DNA of 64,000 nt from Octopus vulgaris (Eukaryota): NCBI GenBank assembly GCA_951406725.2, contig OX597819.1:102734001-102798000 (forward strand), given 5' to 3'. Both the position numbers and the translations under genes were made by a program. This document shows positions 12,679 to 28,154 of this stretch, in pieces (within the stretch, counting starts at the first letter, position 1; each line of letters opens with the position of its first letter). The notes below the pieces were generated by a model, which saw only the letters and a program-made list of their open reading frames with translations, had not been told where the DNA came from and did not search any database.

Positions 12679-12989
12679 TTTCTATCTTTCACTTGCAACA
12701 ACTAAAACCACCACCACCACCAGCAACAATAACAACAACAGCGACAACAACCAAATCTTGATAAATATTCGACAAGTGCAATAACTTATCTAAACATATA
12801 TATAAGATATAAAAGATTGATGATAAAATTGAATTCAAAATATATGAGACAAAATAAATAAATAAATAAATAAGTAAATAAATAAGTAAATAAATAGTGT
12901 TGCCACAGAAAAAAATAATTACAAAATTTGTATAATGAAAACTAAAATGATTCTGTTGATAAAGACTGTAAAGTCGACGAAGACTGAAG

Positions 12990-13440
<451 letters not shown>

Positions 13441-13978
13441 CAGAAAAGAGATTTAGAGGGTTTGATGATAATGGTGATGATGAAGAGTCGACGGGGGAGG
13501 AGGGGAGGATAAGCAGGAGGAGGAAGATAATTTGAATCAGGACGATAATGTTGTTGGCGATAATGACGGTGAAGACATGAATGGTACTGATGGCAATGAA
13601 GACCATGACGATGAAGATGATGTCGATGATGATGATGACAACGATGACCCCCCCTTCCGATGATGATGATGATGATGATGTTGATGATTGATGATGACGA
13701 TGATGATGATATTGCTGTGCTCAATGAGGTTGTTTGCTTATAAACGCTTCACTGGTTATTTTATCAGCTTTTTCTGCTTCTGTCATATTAGGTCTTTATT
13801 TCTGCAGTACATAATTCTCTCCACTTCTTTATGTACACTTACACATGCACACGCATGCACACACATACAAACATACACATGGACACACACGGCCAAACAC
13901 ATCCTCACAAACAAGCTGAGATTCTTTATCTGTCTCATCCTTTGTCGTTAACTTTTTTACTCGTACACACACACACGC

Positions 13979-14009
<31 letters not shown>

Positions 14010-14026
14010 TGTATGTATGTATGTAT

Positions 14027-14233
14027 GAGCTGGTAGAAACGTTAGCACGCCGGGCGAAATTCGTCTGTCGTTACGTTCCGTGTTCAAATTCCGCCGAGGT
14101 CGACTTTGCCTTTCATCCTTTCGGGGTCGATAAATTAAGTACCAGTTACGCACTGGGGTCGATGTAGTCGACGTAATCCCTTTGTCTGTCCTTGTTTGTC
14201 CCCTCTGTGTTTAGCCCCTTGTGGGTAGTAAAG

Positions 14234-14238
<5 letters not shown>
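14027..14238 (+). mobile_element. SINE family A monomer (tail-1)
   Basis: GAGCTGGTAGAAACGTTAGC...GTTCAAATTCCGCCGAGGTCGACTTTGCCTTTCATCC...GTGGGTAGTAAAGAAAT. Confidence 0.85.
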
Positions 14239-14278
<40 letters not shown>

Positions 14279-14321
14279 TATACACATATATATGTATGTA
14301 TATATATATATATACATATGC

Positions 14322-14363
<42 letters not shown>

Positions 14364-14370
14364 CATATGC

Positions 14371-14426
<56 letters not shown>

Positions 14427-15434
14427 TTTATCCTGTTTCCCCGCTTATTTTATTTAACTTCCCCCTTTGCCATTCTAATGCTGTTTTTCTAGTTCCCTCA
14501 CCATTTCATTTCTTATACCCCTGTACATTTATCGTTCTTTCTCTTTCTCCTTTCTCTCTCTCTCTCTCTTCCCCCCCTCTCTCTCTCTCTTTCTCTCTCT
14601 CTCAGTTTATTAGTTTCTCTTTCTGCTTTTCTATTTCTCTTTGGCTGAAACTTAATTCGTCTAAACGCCTGGCTGATAGTTCGATCATGTATTTTTCTTC
14701 TTTATTTCTTTCTCTTTCTGTCTCTTAGACACACACATTCACAGATAGAGATTCGCATAAAAACGCAAACGCGCACACATACGGACACACACATCTACGC
14801 TTTCCCTTCTTTTTCTCTTATTATTTCTACCACTCTCATTACATCCTCTCCCCATTTTTCATTTAACCTGCTCCTTCTCCACCCTCTCCTTTCCACCTTC
14901 CTCTTCCTCCGTCTCTCTGATAGTAATTTTAAAGTTGTTCAGAACTACAAGATTCAAAACAATGACAACATCGCGCAGATGGCAAGATTATAATGCATTT
15001 AGCGTTAGTGTCCAAAGAGTCTGCCAGGAACTGTCGACACACTGAACATCGGAAATTTATGAGCGTCTTACTATATTAAATATTACTTCCTCTTCCAGCC
15101 TCAGTCTCTCCCAGTTCCTCATTTTCTCCCTCTCTTTTTTTTCCTTTCTATAATTTTCGTTTTCCCTCTCCATTCAGTATGCCACTTCTATCCTGTATTC
15201 TTTCACCTATCAGTCTCTTTGTCTCCGACATGTGTTAAGGACAGGGACAGGCGGAATATAAAGACGAAACATAAACATATTGATCTCTTCTGATATAATG
15301 ACATTTACACAAATATTACACACAGCTACACACTTATATGCTTGCATGCACAGCACACTCATATGGCAATACAAGCATTCGTTGAACCACACATCGATAA
15401 ATAAAAACGTACGCTCTCACACACATTTGCACCA

Positions 15435-15495
<61 letters not shown>

Positions 15496-16106
15496 TGTGA
15501 ATGTATGTGTATGAATGTATGTATTTATGTGTGTACGTACATACGTACATATGTATGTATAGCTACATCAGGTCACACATAAATCCATACAATTACACAG
15601 CTACGCTGACTAATTTGCATAAACATGCATCCATATTCACACACGTTTATGTGTGCGTGTACGTGTGTGTCTGTGTGTGTATACATGAGCGTTCGTACAT
15701 TCACACAGTGATTTACAGAGAGAAATGTATACGAATTTGAAATGCGCACTGATCTGTGTATGAATATGTACGATTGCAAGCTTGTGTGTTTTTAGTATGT
15801 GTGTACATATTAATGTGTGTAGACGCATGTTGCTGTTCCTGTGTGCATATATTCTATTCACGAAACAAATGAAGGCGAGAGCTTGTGTCCCAAGTGTACA
15901 TTTAAATATAACCAAAGCAGAGAGCTGTAATATACAGCCATTTATTTCACTTATTTCACATCTACTCATCCATGATACTTGAATATATATATATATGCAC
16001 ACCTACATACATATACATGCATATACAAATATATGTATACATACGTATGCATATATATATATATATATATATACATATATATCCATATATATATATATAT
16101 ATATAC

Positions 16107-16142
<36 letters not shown>

Positions 16143-16183
16143 GTATGTATATATATATATGCATATATGTGCATGTAGGCATG

Positions 16184-16229
<46 letters not shown>

Positions 16230-16230
<1 letters not shown>

Positions 16231-16486
16231 TTTATGTTTCCTTATCTAGATCAGTTGACTGCAGCCATCTTGGGGCACTGTCTTGAGGGGTTTTATTCGA
16301 ACTGGTTGACCCGCAAGTGCTTATTTTTAAATGTGGTATCTATACTATCGTTCATTCTCGTTGAGTCGCTACGTTGTAAGAAAGTAAGCAAGCCAAAACA
16401 GGCTTTCAATTGTGAGGGCCAAGTACACCCACAATGACATACACAAGCACATAAATATGTGTGTGTTCCTTACAAAGTACTTATGC

Positions 16487-16528
<42 letters not shown>

Positions 16529-16945
16529 GATGGGATTCTACACAGTTTCCCTCTCTACCATATTCAGTCACCACGCATTTGTTTGTCTGAGGCTATAGTA
16601 GAAGACACTTCCCCAAGGCACAGCGCAACAGGACTGAATACGAAAGGGCGGCGAGCTGGCAGAATCGTTAGCACGCCGGGCGAAATGCGTAGCCGTATTT
16701 CGTCTGCCGTTACATTCTGAGTTCAAATTCCGCCGAGGTTGACTTTGCCTTTCATCCTTTCGGGGTCGATAAATTAAGTACCAGTTACGCACTGGGGGTC
16801 GATGTAATCGACTTGATCCGTTTGTCTGTTCTTCTTTGTCCCCTCTATGTTTGGCCCCTTGTGGGTAGTAAAGAAATAAGGACTGAATACGAAACCACGT
16901 GACCTCAGAACGAGTTACTCTACCCTAATCCAATCCAACGCGTAT
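16230..16945 (-). mobile_element. Old SINE family B copy, host of a nested family A insertion
   Basis: Degenerate matches such as GAGGCTATAGTAGAAGACACTT and GACTGCAGCCATCTTGGGGCACTG. The B sequence resumes after 16894. Confidence 0.65.
16646..16878 (+). mobile_element. SINE family A monomer, full length, with a perfect 16 bp target-site duplication
   Basis: TSD AGGACTGAATACGAAA at 16630-16645 and 16879-16894. Confidence 0.92.
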
Positions 16946-17351
16946 GTTTGTGTATGTATCTCGGATATACTTTGATTGTTGAACATATATGTTTAAAGAC
17001 AGATAGAGGGAAAATAATCCATAAATAAAATGGTGTTTGTAAACTTAATCTTCTTGAATCGTTACCGTGAGTTTCACGTTGCCGCTAACTCTAATGCTTG
17101 TAGGATCGAAGCAGCTTGTAATAGATATACCAAAATATTCATAAAATTACAGAAATTCATTAGTCATCGAGCTTTGATTAATGCGCAAAGCAGAACGCAT
17201 GATATGCTCATCTACTCTCATATAAAGGCACGGGATATTTTCATGTTTTCTGTATCATATGTGTAAGCAAAGAGGATATTTTTAATGCATTTATATTGCT
17301 CATGAATAGCCTGTTGCTTAATACGAGATTTTAATATTATTTACTATAGTC

Positions 17352-17598
17352 TTCCTTTACTTATTTCAGTCATTTGACTGCGGCCATGCAGGAACACCGC
17401 CTTGAATGGTTTTTAATCGAGCAAATTTATTTTAAAGCCTTGTACTTATTGTATCGGTTTCTTTTGCCGAAGCGCCAAGTTGTCAAGAAGTGAGTGGGTG
17501 GGGGGACAAGCATAGACACAAAAGACAAGACACACACACATAGACATATCTATACATATATATATCATGTATGTATATATCTATATCTGTCTATCTCA

Positions 17599-17636
<38 letters not shown>

Positions 17637-17815
17637 ATATATATATATATATATACGACTGGTTCTTCCAGTTTCTGTCTACCAAATCCACTCTCAATTC
17701 TTTAGTCGGCCCGAGGCTATAGCAAAAGATACTTGCCGAAGGTGCCATACAGTGGGACTGAACACCGAACTAAGTGGTAGAGAAGCAAATTTCTTACCAA
17801 ACAGCCACGTCTGTG
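17352..17815 (-). mobile_element. SINE family B copy
   Basis: TTTCAGTCATTTGACTGCGGCCATG tail, an internal microsatellite, and CTACCAAATCCACTC...CCCGAGGCTATAG head-side sequence. Confidence 0.8.
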
Positions 17816-17819
17816 ACGG

Positions 17820-18520
17820 AAGTGTTGCAATTTTTCGTTCATTTTAACAATTTCATGACAATAGGTTTCTGTAGTAATGGTTATAGCGGGTGAGTCCAGC
17901 AGTAGACCACCGAAGATTCACCATAACCTTCTTTTTGAAGAGCTCGGGTTTTTCGGTGTTTCATTTGGGTCCAAATCACTGTGAAGAACGTTTATTTTAT
18001 TATTGTACAGAATCCACTTTTCATCGTGAGTTACAATACGGTCGGGAAATGGATCGGTATGATTACGGAGAAGAGACGAGCAAATTTCATATCTGCACAT
18101 TTTCTGATTTTCTTTCAAATCGTGTGTTACCCGTTTATCGAGCTTTTTGATTTTCTGATCACATGCAAATGGTTTCAGGCAGCTTTCTGGGCTCATTTGA
18201 AAATTTTTTGCCAATTCACGTGTGGTTTTACGTGGAGTTTTCTCAATGATGGTCTTTAATTGACCGTCATCGATGACAGATCAGGGTCCACTATGCTCAC
18301 GACCTTCAAGAGTCATATCTCCACTGCGAAATCGTTTAAACCATTTTCGAGCTGACCACTCACTGGTTATTACCACACCAAACGTTTTGTTGATATCTCG
18401 TGCAGTTTCAGCTGCGTTACGTTTATTTTTGAAGTTGAAGAGAAAATTGGTCAAATATCGCGCTTTCACAGTTCCATTTCAGATGATTGTAACAACGGGG
18501 AAAAAATTTCAATGCATTTG
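17820..18520 (-). pseudogene. Mariner (D,D34D-type) transposase remnant, N-terminal half
   Basis: ORF 18281-18469 (NAAETARDINKTFG..SARKWFKRFRSGDMTLEG, HTH) and ORF 17918-18214 (DRIVTHDEKWILYNN, first catalytic D motif). Confidence 0.9.
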
Positions 18521-18654
18521 GGCAAGTCAATGTCTGTATTATGAGGCAATTGCAAAAAAATGTTTTAAAAAATTCCAAAACTGCAAATATCCAGTACAAA
18601 ATTTTCATGGTTAAAATGTTGCTTACCTTTTTACTCAACTTGATATATATATTG

Positions 18655-18685
<31 letters not shown>

Positions 18686-18689
18686 AATG

Positions 18690-18762
<73 letters not shown>

Positions 18763-18791
18763 AGATTGATAGATAGATAGGTAGGTAGATA

Positions 18792-19548
18792 TGTTTCTTT
18801 ATTAGCCACATAGGGCTGCACACAGACAGGACAAATTACAAGGTAGAGCTTTTCTTTTGGGGGTAAAAAAAGGGGGTTTGGTTTTCGATCAAAAGGGATC
18901 GTAAAGGGAAAGAAAGAGGACAAAAAAGGGGGGAATAAAATTAAAATAGGGGGGGGAATGGAAAGGAAAAAAATTGATCAATAGGGATCGTTATCACAGA
19001 AATGTCAATATGAAGTGTAAAGGGGAGGACAGGTGAGGTTTACCCGTGGAAAGAAAAGCCTACGGAAAAGGCCACGGTAACCTCGGTCAATGAATTCAAA
19101 TGTTATATTACTTTTTTTTTTGCAAATAAGCAACTCTCTGTGTTAATTTTTATGGTTCATAGAATCATAGTCAAGGTTGTTTCGTTATTCATATGTGCCA
19201 TCCTTGCTACATTCACCCAGCATTTTTTAAAACATTCACTAGACAAAACTTGCCTCTCTACTCTCACTTTCCTCTTCAAGTGATACTTGAAGAAGTTGAT
19301 GAGAGATTGACCAGAGAGGAAAGTGTTTGTCGCTAATCCTTTCAGGCGCGTCCACCAGATACATTCTTTCGCCATAGCCACAAGTATGATGAAAATAGCT
19401 CTTCCTTCCCGTTTGAAGGAAGGAGGCGTGACGATATTAACGATAGACTCGGCTGATAAACCGACACGTCCCACACGTGACAGCAGTCGTTCGACATAAG
19501 CCCACAGGTCGGAAATTGCTGGACACTGCACGATTGCGTGCAGAGCGA
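18792..19548 (-). mobile_element. L1/Tx1-clade LINE 3' end (ORF2 C-terminus and 3' UTR), 5'-truncated, in (GATA)n
   Basis: ORF 19157-19627 reads LHAIVQCP..LWAYVERLL..AKECIWWTR..FFKYHLKRKVRVER..FKKCW. It is followed by a pyrimidine-rich UTR, AATAAA and (TATC)n. Confidence 0.75.
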
Positions 19549-19640
19549 GACAGATAGATAGATAAATAGATATAGATATATAGCTATACATATATATATA
19601 CACACATATATATATACACACACACATATATATATATATA

Positions 19641-19671
<31 letters not shown>

Positions 19672-20219
19672 ATGCATGTATGTATATATGTGTATATGTT
19701 TGTATGTATAAGTGAACATTAAAAGCTCTGACTCTCCTTGAGTTGGTTCATTTGCTCACGTTTTGTATCATGGATTATTTTTTTTAGCTTCTTTTTCTGT
19801 TATTGTTATTTCTTCCAAATTGTTCGGTGTGCACTGTATATCAGATTTATGGAGATGAAGTTGGAAATTCATAATAATTCCTAATGTCATCTTCTTGATT
19901 TATAACTTTAAGAAAACTACACATTTTGTGGGAATGATGTAATCGGTTAAACTGGTGCCGGTACTTGACGAGCATTTTATCATGTTGGCCCTTTAGAGGG
20001 TGAAAACGTAAACTGAAAATTGATGGTAATTGAACTTAAAAGAATTCGTATATTTTGTGCAACATCCTATCAGTGATGTTAATTCTATAAAATGGAACTG
20101 AAATATCTAAGGTCATTAATGCAAGTCAGTTCACAGAATGCTACATTTTAAGTTGTTCGTGACAAGAATAATACAAAGCAAAAAGAGAAGCATGCAACAA
20201 AAGAGATAATGTCGTGATG

Positions 20220-20541
20220 CGGAACTTCCCGGAATTAGACCATCCTGATACATAAGGACACTGCCCCATCTGATTATCATTTATTACGCAGTCTTGGAAA
20301 TCATTTGGACGGAAAAAATCTGAATTCTGTAGACGAGGACAGAACAGTTCTGGAAGAGTATTTTTCATTACGAACTGTGAAGTTTGGAAGAGAGGCCTTG
20401 CAAGTCTACTTGGTAGATAAAAGAGTATTGTAAAAAATGAAGGAGAGTATATTATAGGTTAAAAAAAGAAGTTTGTTTACCTTAATTTTGAAAAATAAAA
20501 GAAGTATAGAAAAACCGCATTATTTATGGGATGACCCAATA
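20220..20541 (+). mobile_element. Mariner 3' end with terminal inverted repeat
   Basis: APSDYHLLRSLGNHLDGK, matching the YSPDLAPSDYHLF motif. It ends CATTATTTATGGGATGACCCAATA followed by TA. Confidence 0.8.
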
Positions 20542-20551
20542 TATATATACA

Positions 20552-20832
20552 TATCAGGCTGAATCAAAATTATGCAACGATTTGAAACATGAAACACATC
20601 ACAATATATTTGAACAATGCGGATATTTTATTCGTCACAGTAAGTATCATTACAATCAACACATTTTGTCAACGAGTTACAAGTTCGTTTATTCCTGTAA
20701 CAAAAATTTGGAGTTCTGGAGCTGATGAAATCTTTGAACGTACTTTCAGCATCGGTTTGATTTTTGTACTCCTTCTCTCGCAAGAAACCATCAAGATGCT
20801 TGAAAACGTGGTAGTCGGTATGAGAAAGGTCT
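20552..20832 (-). mobile_element. Mariner 3' end, cecropia/Hsmar1-like
   Basis: Minus strand gives LSHTDYHVFKHLDGFLREKEYKNQTDAESTFKDFISSRT..FVTGINELVTR, paralleling the Hsmar1-type C-terminus. Confidence 0.8.
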
Positions 20833-21461
20833 CGGGAATTATCTGTGTGGGGAAGAACAAGAGTACACGAAAAGTATTAGTAAGAAATATTCAAGCACTC
20901 AATGAGTTTACATTGTGATGAATTTAAGTTTATTGAAAACAACCTGAAGATTTTCTTTTCATGGAGTGTATCAATGCTAAAACAGATTATTGGAACGTAA
21001 TCCAAGTGCTACACCGCTTAAGAATTGTAACCATAACAAAATATTGTGATAATAATGAAACATTTAGTTGTCACAGAGATCCAGTGCTTTTAAAATTTTC
21101 GAGCATACGATGGTACCTATTCATATATCAAAGGATTGGGTTAGCAGGGTTGAATATCTTGGTTTTAGGTGGAACGTAACGCTGCTAATATAATAAGAAG
21201 CATCGACCCGTTAAAGTAATGACACATTCGTGACTTGATAAGCTGCTCTTTAAAATTATTGTTGCTATTGTGTCCTTTTGTGCTAAGAGGCATAATGACA
21301 ATTCTGTTCTTTCGTATTCTTCTTTATATATGCAGTTTTACTTTTTCTTTTCTACGTATCATTTTTCTATTTCTTCTCCATATCATCTTCGTCGTTAACA
21401 TCTTCGATTGCCCTGCAATCATAATCATCATCATTGCAGTAGTCATTATCGTCGTCGTCGG

Positions 21462-21505
<44 letters not shown>

Positions 21506-22709
21506 ACATCTTTGTTTCCTCGTCGTCTTCGTCTTCGATAATGTCTTTGTTATCGTCCTCGCGGTTTTTATCTCTTACCGCCGTCTATCATTTAACAACG
21601 GATATCTTTGCGACACGACGGCAACGGTCGTCTGCTTTAATCAATTCAGTTGAGCGAAAGAAACCAGGAACTATCACTCCATACATTACAATAGTCCTTT
21701 CCTGTAATTCACCAATATTTTACGCTTCAGAATTGCCAGAACGATAAACAAATAAATGAATAATATATTGAACATGCGGGAAGGGAACACGAACTTCCTT
21801 GCTAAGATTTATATTTTGATTCGTTGCAAGACCTCGAAGATTATCTTCAATGTTCCGGTAATTATCGATGATAATACAGCGATACCATTCATGACCGTAT
21901 CTCTTGTGACTCTGCCGTCGATTAATCTGGTTCATTCCCTTCCTTTTTTTTTTCTTTCATAATTCTTCACTTACCGCTTCTTCAACTACACCACAAACTT
22001 TGTGCTGCCAAGACCTCTGCATTTCCATTTCTTCCCTGAACTCTACCACCACCACCACCACTGCAATCCCCATCAACACCAGCATCACCACTGCCACTAC
22101 CACATCTAGTACCATCACCAACATCACCACCACTACCGACTTTGTTTTAATTCCCCACCTTCACTTTCATTTCTTTAGACCTTTGCCCCTGCAAGAATTC
22201 GGCTCCACCCATTTTTGTGGATTGCTAACGCCTTTCGTTACCTGTTCTTCGCAATTATATCATTGTTATGTTTTTTTTTACATTTTATTTCGCTCCCTCT
22301 CGTATGAGATTGAAATAATATCCATCTCAAGTGCAAGATATTTTCATTTCCTGAAATATATCTATATTTGTATTTATATCTATAATATTTATAGTGTGTG
22401 TGTGTGTGTGTCTGTCTGTCTGTGCATACGTTTCTTATTTATTACAGCTGCAAAAACATATATATATATATGCGGACATGTGTTCTGTTTCTGTTTGATA
22501 CACAGAAACGCACTTGCACATTTATATATGCCACTGGACTAAGGATGACGCCATCGGTCTACAGAACGAATGCTTTATTTCTGTATGGTTACGCTTCATC
22601 AGCTACGAATATCGAACCGTCGTTCATATTAAGAACTTGTTCAAATAGTATAAGAGCAAATGATACGTTTGCGCATTTGCTCACGGATATGTCAAGGAGG
22701 AAATGAGAA

Positions 22710-22761
<52 letters not shown>

Positions 22762-22838
22762 CTGAGCGTTATACTAATACATCTATTTGTTTTGTACACC
22801 ACCTGTCTTCGTCTTTTGTTGGTGTTTTCGTAAACTCT

Positions 22839-22879
<41 letters not shown>

Positions 22880-22883
<4 letters not shown>

Positions 22884-23065
22884 TTTCAAATGTTGGCAAA
22901 TAGTCAGCAATATCGGGGTGGGGATGGGGCAAATTGATTACATCGACCCAATGCTCTGTTTGTACTTATTGATCTCGATGGATGAAAGGAGAAGATAACC
23001 TCGGCAGCATTTGAATTTGAACTCAAAGCAGTCTGCCCGGCCTGCCAACGGTTCTTCAAGCTAAT
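22880..23065 (-). mobile_element. Degenerate SINE family A (tail-2)
   Basis: GATTACATCGACCCAATG...GGATGAAAGG...CCTCGGCAGCATTTGAA. Confidence 0.6.
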
Positions 23066-24399
23066 TACTTTAGAGAAATGTATATACTTTTTGATATGAA
23101 ATTATACGAATAAAATTTCAAAGCGTCCAATCCAGTCAAATTACAGTAGTGACCTAGCTGACTCAGTGTAATAAAAAGCAGACCTCTCGGTTTGTCGGTG
23201 CTCTATCAGGGCATCAGCTCCTGTCAATGAGAGTATGGTAATTTTTACCACTGTTTTCAGAGGTGCAACAAGTAGCATTCACAATACTTTTAATGTCTTT
23301 GTAATGTCTTCTCATTTTCAACAGGTTTTCTCCTTCCAAAGTAGCAGAAAACTGTTGAATACCTTTTCACACTTGGACCTCCTAAACTTTTTGAACTGTG
23401 CCATGCAACTGATTGCCTTCCTCTCTCAACCTATAATAAGGTATAGCTAATGGATTCTCGTGAGCTTTTCCAGAAACTTCAGGACCTGCATGTGTATGTA
23501 GTAGGCTCCGACCGGGCAAATACTGTTATATGTTACCTCTGCATCACCTCGTACCCATACTGTGTCACAAATGTGACGATGAACCAACTCTAGAATTCCA
23601 TATTAATCCCACTACTTGTAACCCCTTAGCGTTTCGTCTCCCTATATACTGCGGTACCAGCTCTATATGTCTCCTCATATAGCCCTTAGTCATAAAGACC
23701 ATGCACAAACGTCTGTAAATTCGCTCCGGTCGATATGTTACAAACTGGTCAGGATTTTCTTAACTATTCTCAAGGTACAGAAAATAAACCTTCGTTTCTG
23801 GAAAAACAGAATTACTTCCTTTGACATTTCTATCAGTTCCTCGGGCAGGGAGAAACAGCCCTTGGCGGCATCTATTTTTTCTTCAACTAGAACTGACACA
23901 TGTCACAGATTCTCCTTGACTCACAGTTCTAAGATGCTGTTGCTTTTGTTATAGTTTGCGTTATCACCACTTGTATTTTATTTAAATATATGTGTCCGTT
24001 AGAATACAAATGACTTTATAAATTCTGTCTGATTTTTAAGTATTGTCCCTTCTTTTTATCTTCGGCTTTTTCTAATCTCATTTAGTTTGTGAAATCACAA
24101 ACACTTTTTTGCTACTTTTTCTGTTGTTACAGATTTGCAACTAGCATTTCTTTCTGCTTCTATCTCAAGAAATCACACCAAACCACTTGTAAACAAGTTT
24201 TGCATAATTACAAAAATCTACTAAATTTCGAAAACGAAGTTTATTTTTCCACTCCAAGTAAAAGGAGGTAGAGGTTATTTTCTCCAAAAAATTTTGTCAT
24301 GGGAATAAACAATAGGAAAAATTTGTTTTGATTATGTTAAAGTTGTAAGAGCTAATGTCACGCACAAGGAGATGACACAAACTGTAGACTTTGTAATGA

Positions 24400-24936
24400 C
24401 CAACTCGGGAAAATTGCTCACATTGTTGCTGGTTTCTTAGTCCTTGCCCCCACAGAATGTAAAACCAGGTATGATTCAGTTGAGCATATGCGGTTACTAT
24501 GAAATCTCGCACCCTAAGAATTGGTATTAACACCATCCAGAGCCACTCACCGAGTGAGAGAATGTTAGCAACCTATAGGCTTATTGTGTACACACATACA
24601 GGCAGGCAAATAAAGGCTAACATGACAAATATTGTCATCGAAGACCTAAGACAAAATAAAATGCCTATTAATTGTTATGATACTGCCTACTGACAGAAAC
24701 ATCAGAAGAAAAAGAATTGAAAAACTATCGTGTGGGTGCGCTGGGAATGATCAAGATAGGGATCTTCAAATTTTTTGACCAGATCACAGGAAACTAACAA
24801 TCTATGAAGCTTAAAAGACTGTGCTGACATGAACCACCCACCTCCTCGGAAACATTCTTTTTATCTAATGAATACGTACCATACATCTCTGGCTCAGACT
24901 CGGTTAGAAGATGAAATGAAATACAAATCAATCGGA

Positions 24937-24937
<1 letters not shown>
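24400..24937 (+). mobile_element. Decayed R4/Dong-type RLE 3' end
   Basis: HTGRQIKANMTNIVIED (a DRxIKANRPDIV variant) and IVWVRWE/VGALGMIK frames; it ends in (GAT)n/(AAT)n. Confidence 0.6.
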
Positions 24938-25289
<352 letters not shown>

Positions 25290-25290
<1 letters not shown>

Positions 25291-26435
25291 AATGGCAAAA
25301 GAAAGACATGAAGAAAATGGATACTAAGACCAGAAAAGTGTTGACAATACACGGAGCCTTCCACTCTAAGAGTGACACCAATAGGCTGTACTTGTCTAGA
25401 AGAAAGGGTGGAAGAGGTTTGATCATTTGACAGAGCTGTATCGAAGCGCAGAAAACGGCCTAGGGAGGTATATAAAAAATGCCGTGGAGCCACTGTTGAA
25501 ACACGCAAAGTCTGGAGCCATCCAAACTAAAAATTTTCTAACTAAAGAATGATAAACAACAATTGAACAAAAGCAAGACGGAAAAGGGATGGAAAGAAAA
25601 GAAAATGTACGGTCACTTTGCAAGAGATGCGAAAGCTAAGACAGATTCAGAGGACCGGTGGCTATTAATGAGGAGGAGTGACGTGAAGATAGAGATAGAG
25701 GCACTCATATGCCAGCTCAGGAGCTAACGTTAAGGACCAATTATATGAAGTGCAGAATAGACAACACTATCGATAGTGACAAATGCAGAATGTGTGGTGA
25801 GAGGGTTGAAACGGTGTAGCGCATCGTTAGTGAATGCCCGAAATTGACTCAACGCGAATACAAAAGACGCCTTGACAAAGTGGTAAGAATGGTTCATTGG
25901 GAGCTCTATGGAAAACACGACCTACAAAGAGTAAAGATGTGATATGAGAAAATTCCAGAAGGAGTTACCGAAAATGAGAATTGCAACATCCTGTGGGATG
26001 CAATGATCCGGTGCGATCACCTGACCAGACATAGGAAACCAGACACACTTGTGGCGAAGGAAAAAGAAAAACCATGACTGATTATCGATATTGCATACCC
26101 CGATGACAACAGGATCAATGTGAAAGAAAAAAAAATATAAACAACTATAACAATTTGAAGTAGAAAATACGAAGGTTGTGGTCAATGAAGAGAATAGATG
26201 TGATACCAATAGTAATTGGCGCACTTGGAAGGCTCAGCACGCAACTACCAACATGGTTGAAAAACATCGGTGCAAGTGTGAAGTTAGAACACCTACAAAA
26301 ATCAGCATTGCTTGGAACTTCAAGAATTCTTTGTTGGATTCTTAAAGCATGACCAGTAAATGACCAGTAAATGACCAGTAAATAAGTAACTGTCACTTAC
26401 CATCGAAAACCAACAAAATAAGCTGTGAGATTTCA
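25290..26435 (+). mobile_element. R4/Dong-type RLE retrotransposon 3' part (post-RT, zinc knuckle, endonuclease), pseudogenised
   Basis: MDTKTRKVLTIHGAFHSKSDTNRLYLSRRKGGRGL; KCRMCGERVETV*RIVSECPKLTQREYKRR; ILWDAMIRCDHLTRHRKPD; VIPIVIGALG; LQKSALLGTSRIL; stop at ~26352. Confidence 0.9.
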
Positions 26436-27015
<580 letters not shown>

Positions 27016-27921
27016 CTGATGATGATGGTGGTGGTGGTGGTAATGATAATGATGATGACGAGGATGATGACGATGATGATGATGATGATGGTGGTAATGA
27101 TAATGATGATGATGAGGATGATGATGACGATGATGATGATGATGATGATGATAGTAATAATAGCAATTATTATTATTAGTAGTATTATTATATTTGTCTT
27201 CTCTTCCTATCTATGCATACCCTGTTTGCATATGTATTATTCTTTCCAATTTTCTTTTTTAAATCATCACCCTTTATTCTCCTCCATCTCCTTCATTTTG
27301 TTTATATCTCTCACAAATCCCTGTCACACCTTTTTTTTTTTTCCTTCAACCTGGCCTTTTCCAGTGTTTGAACTCAATCTTTCTACCCTTATAATCTCGT
27401 TTCATTTTTCACCTTTTCCTTTCATGCGTAAATGTCTTCACCTAGCTTAATATGTTAGGTAGGCTAATGGTGATGAAATGTCGGAAACGGAAGCAAGGAT
27501 GTCTAATTAATTTACGCTCTTTAGTTTCATTGACATGAGTTCTGTATCCATACCCCGACGGAACCATCCTTTCATTTTTGCTCTTCTTTATAATAACAAT
27601 GCGTACCAAGCATGAAATTGGCCGATCTAATCCAACCCAGCCCTTCTATGAAACTTGTATTCGAGTAATCGAAGAAAATTAAACTTATAGTTTCCTTTGG
27701 TAACTATACTTACTTTATAAAGTGTGTGAGGGTTTTCCATAAAGTGTAGCCTGCGATAGGGGTTTTGTTTTATTTCCAGAAAATTCCTTACACCTAAATG
27801 TTATGCTTGCACTTTCTGTTTGCAGTCTGTAGTCTGACCAGAAACAAACCTCAGTAAGCGGAATCAACTTTCATCCACGAATAAAGATCTAGTTCTTTTT
27901 TTAAAATATAATGAACTATCA

Positions 27922-28090
27922 GGCGCAGGAGTAGCTGTGTGGTAAGTAGCTTGTTTACCAACTACATGGTTCCGGGTTCAGTCCCACTGCGTGGCACATT
28001 GGGCAAGTGTCTTCTACTATAGCCTCGGGCCGACCAAATCATTGTGAGTGGATTTGGTAGAAGGATGCTGAAAGAAGCTCGTCGTATGTT

Positions 28091-28154
<64 letters not shown>

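Noticed and set aside
22575-22612. Minus-strand CTGATGA...GAAAT hammerhead-like match; similar weak matches near 36600 and 41300-41335
   Set aside because: Stems I/III or core halves are missing, so the matches are too degenerate to call.
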